64,000 nucleotides of DNA, from NCBI GenBank assembly GCA_963704885.1, contig CAVPIB010000001.1, positions 448,001-512,000 on the forward strand, in the 5' to 3' direction. This document shows, one piece after another, positions 50,887 to 62,603 of the stretch. The position numbers and the translations under genes are program-made. Source of the stretch: an uncultured Actinomycetes bacterium (GTDB taxonomy: Bacteria > Actinomycetota > UBA4738 > HRBIN12). Below the pieces are notes generated by a model. That model was not told the origin of the DNA. It worked only from the letters and a program-made list of their open reading frames with translations, and did not search any database. The stretch's first letter is position 1. Each line of letters begins with the position of its first letter.

Positions 50887-51966
50887 GTGGACCAGGTAGC
50901 CAGGGTCGTGTTGGGGATGGAGCAGCACGATGTCGCCGAAGAGGTGATGCATTTCCTGGACCGGAGCGGCCATGCCCGAGTCGTGGCCACGGCTGCCGAC
51001 GATCGTCAACTCCTGGAGGCGGTGCGACAGCTGGATCCCGACGCGGTGATCGCGCAGGCCCTCGTGGCCGGCGACGCGGTCAAGGCCCGCGCGTTCCTGG
51101 CACTCGAGCCGCGCGAATCGATCGCCGCGCTTCGCGCGGCGATCAAGGGCGGTGCCCGCGGGTTCTTCGTGTGGCCGGCCGATCGCGAGGCGTTGTCAGG
51201 CGCGGTCGCTGCGATCCTTTCTGCGCCGCTCGCCCTCGAGCGTCGTGCCACCGTCGTGGCCGTGCACGCCGCGCGGGGTGGCGCCGGCGCTACCTTCGTG
51301 ACCACCCACCTGGCGCAGGCGTTCGCCAGGCGCGGTCAAGCCTGCATCGTGGTCGACGCCGATCCGCTCAGCGGCGAGATCGGAGCGGCGCTAGGGGCGC
51401 CCGAGGAGGACGTCCATAGCCTGGGAGACCTGCTCCCGCTCGCGCACGAGTTGGCGGCGGGCCACCTGGAAGACGCCCTGTGGACGCACTCCGCCGGGTT
51501 CCGCGTGCTCCTCGCGCCCCCCGTCAACGAGGCCGTGGTCGTCGACGCTACCCATCTTCGCCCCGTGGTGGACGTGGCGGCGGCCACCGCGGACGTCGTC
51601 CTACTACACCTCCCTCGCGCGGTCGATGGGTTGGTACGGGCGGGCGTCGAGACCGCCGACCGCGTGGTCGAGGTGCTCACGCTTGACATGCTCTCGTTCC
51701 GGGCGACGAAACGCGCTCTGGACCTGCTTCGGCCCATCCATCTGGAAGGACGGCTGGGGTTCGTGGTGAACCGTGCGTCCCGAGCCGAGATCACCGTGCG
51801 TGACGTCGAACGGGTGTTCGGGTGTGAGCCGATCGCCGTCGTGTCCACCGACCGAGCCGTGGGGCGCATGCAGGATCACGGTCGTCTGATCTCGCCGCGG
51901 GGGCGAACGGGGCGAGCTTTCAACCGACTTGCTGAGCGGTTGACGGTAGGTGTTGCTTTGGAGTGA
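50887..51966 (+). CDS. CpaE/TadZ/Ssd-like protein (receiver-like domain + MinD/ParA ATPase)
   Basis: N-terminal receiver-like region (AAIKGGARGF), deviant Walker A ARGGAGAT, VVNR. Confidence 0.82.
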   Translation: MDQVARVVLGMEQHDVAEEVMHFLDRSGHARVVATAADDRQLLEAVRQLDPDAVIAQALVAGDAVKARAFLALEPRESIAALRAAIKGGARGFFVWPADREALSGAVAAILSAPLALERRATVVAVHAARGGAGATFVTTHLAQAFARRGQACIVVDADPLSGEIGAALGAPEEDVHSLGDLLPLAHELAAGHLEDALWTHSAGFRVLLAPPVNEAVVVDATHLRPVVDVAAATADVVLLHLPRAVDGLVRAGVETADRVVEVLTLDMLSFRATKRALDLLRPIHLEGRLGFVVNRASRAEITVRDVERVFGCEPIAVVSTDRAVGRMQDHGRLISPRGRTGRAFNRLAERLTVGVALE

Positions 51967-52088
51967 ATCGTTACCCGGCTTGTCCCCTATACCGGGTGAG
52001 AATCACTCGTGCTCCATTCGAGGGCCTCTGTTGTTGCATGCGCCGGTGACGGCCGCCCCGTGTTCGGCGGGCCAAACCATCTGGCGTC

Positions 52089-55000
52089 GTGGGTCCGGGC
52101 GTGTTGAGGCTGCGGGTATCCCGGTGGGCGCGGCTGGGGGCCGCCTATCTGGTGATCGCCGGGGTGGTCATGCTGCCGGGCGCATCCCGCGCCGCGGAGG
52201 CTCCTCCTGCCGGCAACTTGTTCGCACTCCAGACGAACGGCCCGAACGGCCTGGTGACACTGGGGGACTGGTACACATCTACGACCGCGGGGGCGGGAGC
52301 GGGGTACCACTACGTCCGGTTCACGGTTCCGTGCGGGTGGCCGGCAAGCCTACCGGTCTACGTCGACCTGTTCAGCCCCGAGATGAACCAGGTGTCGGGC
52401 GCGGCTGCCCAGTCAGAAGAGCCCAACGGGGCGTACGACTCCACGCAGTTCGAGCTGTACGGGCCGGGCGCCACTATCGGGCCAGGCTACGCATCCCCCG
52501 GCCCAGGAACGGGCATCCCCGGCACCCAGACGACCTTCCAGCCTGGCGCGGCGGGCGTCCCGGAGGCGTGGATGCGCTATGCCACGCTCGCCGCGCCGGT
52601 GACGTGCGGCAGCTACCTCGTGCGTTCTGAGGTGCTGACGGTAGATCCATTGAACCCCGCCGGCACCGGAAACGACCAGAACGGATGGCGTATCCGGGTC
52701 GGTACAGACTCGGACCTCGATCCCACGAACGCCCCGCCGGTGAACTACGACGACCCCGACGGCCTTGTTGGGACGAACGACGAGCTCACGCTCGGTGTGG
52801 ACCAAGCGACCTTCCAGCAGGACAGTGGTGGGCTCGCGTGTCAGACGTTCTTCGAGTACGTGAGTCCTGGTCAGGCGTCGGTCATCTTCCACAACTTCGA
52901 CATGGACGGCAACACCCGCGTCCGATACTACGCACCGTCCGATACGAGCTACGTTCCGGACGCGACCTCCGGCGGTGTGCTCGGCACCTTGTCGAGCAAC
53001 GGCCTATGGAACGGCGGGACGCTAGCCACGCGGGTCGGGGACACCATCTTGGGTCCCGAGTCAGGCTGGTGGCGGGTCGTGACTTGTATCTCGTCGCAGA
53101 ACCAGTTCATCCAGGAGGGTGAGGCGGGAAGAGCGGCCTATTACACGCAGCCGCCGACGCCCAATCTGACGATGGCCAAGAGCGACGGGTTCGCGACCAT
53201 CTCGCCCGGACAGGCCGTCACCTACACGATCGACGTAAACAACACATCCACGGGAGCCACAGCCGGGGCTGCGAACGCCGTTGTGATCCAGGACACGCTG
53301 CCCTCGGAGTTCACCTACGGGGGATGTGCCATCCCTACACCGGCTCAGGGCACTTGGTCCTGCTCGGAGGCAGCGGGTGTAGTGACCTTCACGCAGACCG
53401 GTTGGATCAACGCCGGTGCCTCCGCGCAGCTCACGGTGACCGCCACGTTGAACCAGGGAGCGTCCGGGAGCAAGACCAACACCGCGGTCGCCAACTACCA
53501 AGACCAGATCGGGAACCCGTTCGCTCCCGTTACTGCCACGGACGTGGATACGGTAGTCGCGTCTTCCGACCTTGCCATAACCAAGACCGACGGGTTGGCC
53601 TCGGTCATCGCCGGCGCCTCCACCACCTACACGATCACGGTGATCAACAACGGACCCTCGACCGTTCCCGCCGGGGTGGTCATCTCCGATGCGATCCCGG
53701 CCGGGACCTCGGGATCTGAGTCAGAGGCCGACTGCGCGATCGCCGCCGGGGTGTTCACCTGCACCACGACCGCCGCCCTAGCGCCTTCGGGATCGGTCTC
53801 CTACCAGCTCACCCTCACCCTGGATCCGGACTACCCCGGCGCCTCGCTCTCGAACACCGCCTCGATCACGTCTTCTCCTTACCCCGATCCGGTTCCGGGC
53901 AACGACTCGGCCACCGACACCGACACCGTCACGACCTCGGCCGACCTTGCGATCACCAAGTCCGACGGGGTGGCCTCGGTCATCGCCGGCACCTCCACCA
54001 CCTACACGATCACGGTGACCAACAACGGACCATCGACCGTTCCCGCCGGGGTGGTCATCTCCGATCCGATCCCGGCGGGGACCTCGGGATCTGAGTCAGA
54101 GGCCGACTGCGCGATCTCGGCGGGGACGTTCGCCTGCACCACGACCGTGGCGCTGGCGCCATCGGCCTCGGTCTCTTATCAGCTCACCTTGACCCTGTCC
54201 GCCAGCTACGCGCTGCCGACCCTTGCCAACACCGCCTCGATCACGTCTTCTCCCGTCCCCGATCCGGATGCATCCAACGACTCGGCGACCGACACCGACA
54301 CCGTCACGACCTCGGCGGACCTTTCGATCACCAAGACCGATTCAGCCGACCCGGTCGATCCCGGAACCTCCTTCTTCTACACGCTCACCGTCGTGAACAA
54401 CGGTCCGTCGGATGCCTCGGGTCTGACCGTCACCGACACCGTCCCGGCCGGGTTCACGATCTCCTCGGTGACCTCCGGTCTGGGTAGCTGCGGCAACCTG
54501 GGTAACCTCGCCACCTGCACCCTGGCCTCGCTTGCCCTGTCGGACACCTGGACGATCACGATCAACGTCGACGTGGACCTTTCGACCGGTGGCGGTCTCT
54601 ACACAGACACGGCCACCGTGTCGGCGACCACCTCTGACCCGGTGCCTGGGAACAACACCGATACCGAGGGCACGGTCGTCACCCCCGCTGGGGACCTTTC
54701 GATCACCAAGACCGACGGGGTGGCCTCCGTCATCGCCGGCACCTCCACCACCTTCACGATCACGGTGACCAACAACGGCCCTTCGACCGTTCCCGCCGGG
54801 GTGGTCATCTCCGATGCGATCCCGGCCAACACCACAGGTTCTGAACTAGATGCCGACTGCGTCATCGCGGCCGGGGTGTTCACCTGCACCACGACCGCGG
54901 CCATGCTGTCCGGAGGATCAGTCTCCTACCAGCTCACCCTCACCCTGGATCCGGACTACCCCGCCCCCACCTTGGTCAACACGGCATCCGTGTCCTCATC

Positions 55001-58000
55001 TCCGATCCCCGATCCGTTCCCGGCCAACGACACGGACACCGACACCGACACGGTCACGGGCTCGGCCGACCTTGCCATAACCAAGTCCGACGGGTTGGCC
55101 TCGGTCATCGCCGGCGCCTCCACCACCTACACGATCACGGTGATCAACAACGGGCCCTCGACCGTTCCCGCCGGGGTGGTCATCTCCGATCCGATCCCGG
55201 CCGGGACCTCGGGATCTGAGTCAGAGGCCGACTGCGCGATCGCCGCCGGGGTGTTCACCTGCACCACGACCGCCGCCCTAGCGCCTTCGGGATCGGTCTC
55301 CTACCAGCTCACCCTCACCCTGGATCCGGACTACCCCGGCGCCTCGCTCTCGAACACCGCCTCGATCACGTCTTCTCCTTACCCCGATCCGGTTCCGGGC
55401 AACGACTCGGCCACCGACACCGACACCGTCACGACCTCGGCCGACCTTGCGATCACCAAGTCCGACGGGGTGGCCTCGGTCATCGCCGGCACCTCCACCA
55501 CCTACACGATCACGGTGACCAACAACGGACCATCGACCGTTCCCGCCGGGGTGGTCATCTCCGATGCGATCCCGGCGGGGACCTCGGGATCTGAGTCAGA
55601 GGCCGACTGCGCGATCTCGGCGGGGACGTTCGCCTGCACCACGACCGTGGCGCTGGCGCCATCGGCCTCGGTCTCTTATCAGCTCACCTTGACCCTGTCC
55701 GCCAGCTACGCGCTGCCGACCCTTGCCAACACCGCCTCGATCACGTCTTCTCCCGTCCCCGATCCGGATGCATCCAACGACTCGGCGACCGACACCGACA
55801 CCGTCACGACCTCGGCCGACCTTTCGATCACCAAGACCGATTCCGCCGACCCGGTCGATCCCGGAACCTCCTTCTTCTACACGCTCACCGTCGTGAACAA
55901 CGGTCCGTCGGATGCCTCGGGTCTGACCGTCACCGACACCGTCCCGGCCGGGTTCACGATCTCCTCGGTGACCTCCGGTCTGGGTAGCTGCGGCAACCTG
56001 GGTAACCTCGCCACCTGCACCCTGGCCTCGCTTGCCCTGTCGGACACCTGGACGATCACGATCAACGTCGACGTGGACCTTTCGACCGGTGGCGGTCTCT
56101 ACACAGACACGGCCACCGTGTCGGCGACCACCTCTGACCCGGTGCCTGGGAACAACACCGATACCGAGGGCACGGTCGTCACCCCCGCTGGGGACCTTTC
56201 GATCACCAAGACCGACGGGGTGGCCTCCGTCATCGCCGGCACCTCCACCACCTTCACGATCACGGTGACCAACAACGGCCCTTCGACCGTTCCCGCCGGG
56301 GTGGTCATCTCCGATGCGATCCCGGCCAACACCACAGGTTCTGAACTAGATGCCGACTGCGTCATCGCGGCCGGGGTGTTCACCTGCACCACGACCGCGG
56401 CCATGCTGTCCGGAGGATCAGTCTCCTACCAGCTCACCCTCACCCTGGATCCGGACTACCCCGCCCCCACCTTGGTCAACACGGCATCCGTGTCCTCATC
56501 TCCGATCCCCGATCCGTTCCCGGCCAACGACACGGACACCGACACCGACACGGTCACGGGCTCGGCCGACCTGGCGATAACCAAGTCAGACGCCTCGGAC
56601 CCGGTCGCCGCTGGCGATGACGTCACGTACACCCTTTCCGTCACGAACAATGGCCCCTCGGATGCCGCCGCCGCGGTCGTGACCGACACGCTGCCTGGGT
56701 CCGTCGTGTTACGTGTCCGCGACACCGAGTCCGGGCTCTTGCTCGCAGGCGGCGGGGGTCGTTACCTGCCCGCTGGGAACCCTCGCGTTCGGCGCGACCG
56801 CAACCATCACGATAGTGGTGACCACCACGATCGACGGCGTCATCACCGACGTCGCGTCGGTGACATCAAGCACGCCGGATCCCGTGCCGGGCAACAACTC
56901 CGACTCCGAGGACACGACGGTTGATGCCTCGGCCGACCTCTCGATCGCCAAGACGGACGGCGTAGCGACGTTAACGCCGGGCACCTCCACCACGTACACG
57001 ATCACGCTCACCAACAACGGACCCTCGACCGAGCCGGCGGGTGTCGTGATCTCGGACCCGATCCCGGCCGGGACCTCGGGGTCTGAGTCGGAGGCCGACT
57101 GCGCTATCGCCGCCGGCGTGTTCACGTGCACCACCTCGTCGGTCCTCGTGTCGGGGGGCTCGGTCTCCTACCAGCTCACGGTGGTGGTCCCCGGCGCATA
57201 CGCGTTGCCGACGCTTACGAACACGGCCGCGATCACGTCGACTCCGATCCCGGATCCGGACGCGTCGAACGACTCGGCCACCGACGTTGACGCGATCTCG
57301 ACCTCGGCCGACCTCTCGATCGTGAAGACCGACGCGGTCGATCCGGTGATCGTGGGCGACGACATCACATACACGCTCACCGTCACGAACGCCGGTCCAT
57401 CGGATGCCGTCGGGGTCGTGGTGACCGACACGCTGCCGGGCACCATGGTCTATGTCTCATCGACCCCGAGCCAAGGTTCGTGCGTTGAGCTCGGCGGCGT
57501 CGTCACTTGCGCCCTCGGCCCGATCGCCGTCACGGCCGTAGCGACGGTGACCATAGTCGTTACCACGACGATCGACGGGGTGTTCACCGATGTAGCAGCG
57601 GTGTCGGCCACGACGACGGATCCGGTGCCCGGGAACGACTCAGACTCGGAGGACACGACGGTCGCTCTGCCATCGGCCGACCTGTCGGTCGCAAAGACCG
57701 ACGGTGTAGCCACGGTCGATCCAGGCACCTCCACCACCTACACGATCACCGTCACGAACAACGGGCCTTCCGTGGAGCCTGCGGGCGTAGTCGTCTCCGA
57801 CCCCGTTCCGCCGGGGACGACACCGTCCGAATCCGAGGCCGACTGCGCGATCGTGCTCGGCGTGTTCACATGCACCACCTCGGCCCCTCTCGGCATCGGC
57901 GCTTCGGTGTCCTATCAACTCACCCTCGCGTTGCCGATCTCCTATGCGTCCGCAACCCTGACCAACACGGCCTCGATCACGTCGGCGCCGCTCGCCGACC

Positions 58001-59791
58001 CCGATCCGTCGAACGATTCGGCGACCGACGTCGACGCCGTCACGTCGGCGGCAGACCTCTCGATCGTGAAGGCGGATGCACCCGATCCGGTCGCGGTGGG
58101 TTCGGTCCTCACGTACACGCTCACGATCACCAACAACGGGCCTGCGGACGCGACCGGCGTGACGGTCACCGATACCCTCCCGGGGACGGTCACTTTCGGG
58201 ACCGCGACGCCCAGCCAAGGGTCATGCGTGCAGGCCGCGGGGGTGGTGACCTGTTCGCTGGGCACGATCTTCGTGTCGGCGAGCGCCATCGTGACGATCA
58301 TCGCGACGCCCACAGCTCCGGGAACGATCTCGAACGTGGCGACAGTAACCGCTACGACGCTCGACCCCGTGCCCGGCAACAACAGCGACACCGAGGACAC
58401 GCTGGTCGCCGCGTCTGCCGATCTGTCGATCACGAAGACCGACGGCGTGGCCACGGTACAGGCGGGCGCTGCCACCACATACACCATCACCTTGACGAAC
58501 AACGGGCCCTCCGACGCGCCGGCGGGAGTCGTGGTGACCGATCCGATCCCGGCCGACACCACGGCCGCAGAGAACGAAGCCAACTGCGCCATCGTTGGGA
58601 CCACGCTCATCTGTACGACGACCGACGTTACTCCCGGTCGGCGGGTCGGTGAGCTACCAGCTGACGCTCACACTCGACGCGGATTACCCGTCGACCACGC
58701 TCGTGAACACGGCCACGATCACCGCGTCGCCCATCGGAGACACGAACTCGGCGAACGACGCCGCGAGCGACATCGATGCTGTCACTCCTATCGTGGCCGA
58801 GCTCTCTATCGCCAAGATCGACTCGACAGACCCCGTGCTGCCGGGGAGCGCCTTCACGTACACGATCACCGTGTCCAACGCCGGTCCTGACGCTGCTCGC
58901 AGCGTTGTGGTGACCGACACCGTTCCGGCGCCGTTCGTGGTCACGGGGGTCTCGACCGGGACCGGCGCCTGCATCACCACGGGGAACCTGTTGACCTGCG
59001 CGCTCGATCCGTTGCGCGGCCGGGGCCACATGGATCATCACGGTGCAGGTGACCGTTCCCGACGATGCGCCGGCCGGCACGTTCACGGATACGGCGACCG
59101 TGACCGGGATCGGCGACGTCGATCCATCGAACAACGCCGCCAGCCAGCCCACCACGATCGGTGAGCTGGTCGGCTCCTCCGATCTCTCCTTGGCGAAATC
59201 CGTGGACGATCGCGACGCCCCAGGAGGGTGACACCATCACCTACAGCGTCACGGTCTCGAACGCCGGCCCGGACGACGCCACCGGCGTCCAGGTGACCGA
59301 TGTCCTTCCGGCGGGTCTGACGTTCGTGTCTGCCTCGGCCAGCCAAGGCACGTACGAGCAAGGGACCGGCGTCTGGAACGTCGGCGGTCTCGCGGTGGGG
59401 GAAACGGCCACGCTAGACCATCCAGGTGCGGATCGATACCGGAACCGCGGGGACGACCATCACGAACGTGGCCGGCGTCTCAGGAGCCGATCAGGCGGAC
59501 CCGAACCCCGGCGATGAAGCGGACACAGCCCCGATCGACGTGGACAACTCTGGGGGTTCGGATGGGGGAGGCACCGGCAATGACACCGCGTTCACCGGCT
59601 TGCCCGGCGGTCCAGGCCCCATCGTCTGGCTGATCGTGCTCTCGGTGCTCGGCCTGATGGCTCTTGCGACCAGCCGTCGTGGCTCGTTCCGCCGTGGCCG
59701 GCTTTCCACGGTGGTCGCCTCCGATCACTCTTCGGCCGGTTCGCCGCCGCCCGGCCGGTTCCTGGCGACGTCCTTCTTCTTCGAACGGTGA
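52089..59791 (+). CDS. Giant surface protein with about 17 DUF11 Ig-like repeats and a sortase-like C-terminus; five apparent +1 errors
   Basis: Signal peptide; repeated DL.I.K.D / YTITV.NNGPS / V.D / N.D.TD units; frames join after removing single bases near 56710, 58629, 59015, 59211 and 59415 (7698 nt); C-terminal TAFTG + TM + RR tail. Confidence 0.85.
53566..56572 (+). repeat. Near-identical 1500-bp tandem duplication (four DUF11 units)
   Basis: 53566-55065 vs 55066-56565 match line by line; only about six substitutions seen. Confidence 0.95.
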
Positions 59792-60134
59792 CAACTGGCC
59801 GGTTCGGGAAGAGGGCGCTGTAGAACTGCACGCGCCGAGTCTTGGTGGAAAGGGGGTAATGGGCTGTTGCAGCGGGCCGGGATGTGGCCCCTGCTCTGGG
59901 TGATGGCCGTGTCGACCAAGCTCTTCTCGCTCGCCCCGCAAGCTGCCGAGGCGGAGTCGACCGACACGTGAGCTTGGGATCGCGGAGTCACCTCGACCCC
60001 CACGAAGCTGGACCCGATCGCCCACCGTCCTCGAGTAGTCTCACCCCCCATCTAGCCCGGATCGATCCTGGTCTTCCTCTCGGGGATCGGGGATAGGGGT
60101 CGTGTGAGAGTGACCGAAGGAGGTCTGAACCGCG

Positions 60135-62603
60135 GTGTCCGATAACGGGTCGATACCCGCTCGCGCACGAGTCGTCGTCATCGGCGGCGGCGTGATCGGC
60201 TGCAGCATCGCGTATCACCTCACGAAGATCGGCGTGACCGACGTGGTGCTGCTGGAGCGCAAAGAGCTCACGGCGGGAACGACGTGGCACGCCGCCGGGC
60301 TGATCACGTCGGCGGGGATGCCGACCGAGACGTTCCAGTGGATGTCGCGCTACACCACGGAGCTCCTTCCCAGGCTCACGGAGGAGACAGGCCAGGAAAC
60401 CGGGTTCCGAACGATCGGCCACCTCCACCTCGCGTGCACGCCTCAGCGGTTGGAGACCGTCACCCGCGAGGCTCTGTTCGCCAAGGGCCACGGGATCCCT
60501 GTCGAGATGGTGGACGCTGCGGAGGTCAAGCGTCTGTGGCCGGAGGCGATGGTCGACGACATCCTCGCCGCGGCCTGGGTGCCGGACGAGGGTCGCGCGA
60601 ACCCCGCCGACGTCACGCAGGCGTACGCCAAGGGCACGCGGGCGCGCGGCGCGCGGATCGTCGAAGGTGTCACCGTCACCGGCATCGTCCAGGCGAACGG
60701 CCGCGTGACGGGGGTCGATACCGACCACGGCACGATCGAGTGCGAGACGGTCGTGAACGCGGCCGGGATGTGGGGCCGGCAGCTCGGCGAACTGGCCGGC
60801 GTCGCCCTGCCGCTGCAGGCCGCCGAGCACTACTACCTGATCACCGAACCGGTGACGTGGGCGCATCCGGACCTCCCCGTCGTGGAGGACCCCGACCGCT
60901 ACGGCTACTACAGGGAGGAGGCGGGCGGCATCCTCGTCGGTCTCTTCGAGCCCGAGGGGGCGCCGTGGTCGCTCGACGAGATCCCGCAGGACCTTGGGTT
61001 CGCGGTTCTGCCGCCGGACTGGGAGCGGATGAGCGGGTACCTGTCCGATGCGATGGACCGGTTCCCCGCGCTGCATGGGGCGGGGATCAAGACGTTCTTC
61101 TGCGGCCCGGAGTCGTTCACGCCCGACAACGGTCCGCTGATCGGCGAAGCGCCGGAGCTCCGAGGCTTCTTCGCGGCGTGCGGCCTGAACTCGCTCGGCA
61201 TCCTGCTCTCGGGCGGCGTCGGCTCGCTGGTCGCGCAGTGGATCGTGGACGACGACCCTCCGGTAGACGTCACGGGCATCTCGCCCGACCGGAACATGCC
61301 CTTCATGAAGAACCGGTCGTTCCGGCGGGAGCGGACCGTGGAGCTGCTGGGGGCGTTGTTCGGCGACTCCGGCTTCCCGACGTGGAAGCCGCGCTACGGG
61401 CGCAACGTTCGCCGCTCCGTCATCCACGACCGGCTCGCTGCTCGCGGCGCCGACTTCATGGTGCTCTCGGGGTACGAGGTGCCGGAGTGGTTCGCCCACG
61501 AAGGCGTCTCGCACGAACGTCCGCAAACCTGGGGGCGCGATCAGGCGTTCGAGGCGACGGGCGTCGAGCATCGCGCGGTGCGAGAGGCGGTGGGCGTCAT
61601 GGACATGTCGTTCATGGCGAAGATCCTCGTCGAGGGGCCGGGCGCGGAGGCGCTACTGAACAAGGTGAGCGTCTCGAACGTGAGCGTCCCACTCGGCAAG
61701 ATCGTGTACACGCAGTGGCTCACCCCGAAGGGCGGGATCTGGACCGACGTGACGGTGACCCGTCTGCGCGATGACGCGTACCTGGTGATCGGCGCAGACG
61801 TCCTTCATCGCCGGATGATCGCCTGGCTGGAGCGCCACGCGGAGGGGGGTCCCTACGTGGCGATCGTCGACGTGTCATCGTCCAGGACGCTCCTCACGGT
61901 GCAGGGACCACGATCGCGGGAGTTGCTCTCGCGGCTGACGACGTCCGATCTGTCCAACGAGGCATTCCCTTACATGACGGCGAAGGAGATCGATGTCCAC
62001 CACGGCGTCGCCCTGGCCTTACGCGTGACCTACCTCGGCGAGCTCGGTTGGGAGCTGCACATCCCGACCGACTACGCCTTGACGGTCTACGACGCGCTCG
62101 TCGAAGCGGGCCGGGATCTGGGCCTCCGCGACGCCGGGCTCGGCGCGTTGAACTCGCTCAGGCTCGAGAAGGCGTACCGGGACTACGCGCTGGACGTCTT
62201 CAACGACGACACGCTGATCGACGTCGGGCTCGATTTCACGGTCGGCTGGGACAAGCCCGGCGGGTTCATCGGCCGGGACGCGCTCGTCGCGCAGCGCGAC
62301 GAGGGCGTCAGGCGCTCGCGGATGGTCCAGGTGCTCGTGCGCGACCCCGAGCCGCTCCTCTACGGCGACGAGCAGATGTACCGCGACGGCGTGCACGTCG
62401 GGGAGAATCGCGTGGGCGCCTACGGACATACCTTGGGCGGAAGCGTGGGCCTGGCGATGGTCGAGTCGGAGGAGGACATCACCGACGAGTTCCTGACCAG
62501 CGGGAGATGGGAGCTCGACATCGTGGGTCGGTGCTACCCCATCGACCTTTCGCTCACGCCGATGTACGACCCGAAGCGCGAGCGGATCAAGGCCGATGGG
62601 TGA
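60135..62603 (+). CDS. GcvT-family FAD oxidoreductase (dimethylglycine/sarcosine dehydrogenase-like)
   Basis: GGGVIG, GTTWHAAG, GPESFTPD, TYLGELGWELH, SLRLEKAY. Confidence 0.92.
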   Translation: MSDNGSIPARARVVVIGGGVIGCSIAYHLTKIGVTDVVLLERKELTAGTTWHAAGLITSAGMPTETFQWMSRYTTELLPRLTEETGQETGFRTIGHLHLACTPQRLETVTREALFAKGHGIPVEMVDAAEVKRLWPEAMVDDILAAAWVPDEGRANPADVTQAYAKGTRARGARIVEGVTVTGIVQANGRVTGVDTDHGTIECETVVNAAGMWGRQLGELAGVALPLQAAEHYYLITEPVTWAHPDLPVVEDPDRYGYYREEAGGILVGLFEPEGAPWSLDEIPQDLGFAVLPPDWERMSGYLSDAMDRFPALHGAGIKTFFCGPESFTPDNGPLIGEAPELRGFFAACGLNSLGILLSGGVGSLVAQWIVDDDPPVDVTGISPDRNMPFMKNRSFRRERTVELLGALFGDSGFPTWKPRYGRNVRRSVIHDRLAARGADFMVLSGYEVPEWFAHEGVSHERPQTWGRDQAFEATGVEHRAVREAVGVMDMSFMAKILVEGPGAEALLNKVSVSNVSVPLGKIVYTQWLTPKGGIWTDVTVTRLRDDAYLVIGADVLHRRMIAWLERHAEGGPYVAIVDVSSSRTLLTVQGPRSRELLSRLTTSDLSNEAFPYMTAKEIDVHHGVALALRVTYLGELGWELHIPTDYALTVYDALVEAGRDLGLRDAGLGALNSLRLEKAYRDYALDVFNDDTLIDVGLDFTVGWDKPGGFIGRDALVAQRDEGVRRSRMVQVLVRDPEPLLYGDEQMYRDGVHVGENRVGAYGHTLGGSVGLAMVESEEDITDEFLTSGRWELDIVGRCYPIDLSLTPMYDPKRERIKADG

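Noticed and set aside
53566-56572. CRISPR array or DGR template/variable repeat
   Set aside because: Repeats are in-frame coding units with no spacers, no adenine-specific variation and no reverse transcriptase.
56700-59430. Programmed frameshifting or phase variation in the adhesin
   Set aside because: No slippery heptamers or long homopolymers at the sites; the same +1 pattern occurs in unrelated genes.
59859-59903. RiPP precursor or conotoxin-like peptide
   Set aside because: No leader, modifying enzymes or exporter nearby; kept only as a low-ranked small-ORF finding.
59972-60134. Glycine or other known riboswitch upstream of the GcvT-family gene
   Set aside because: No recognisable aptamer consensus, only short GC stems.
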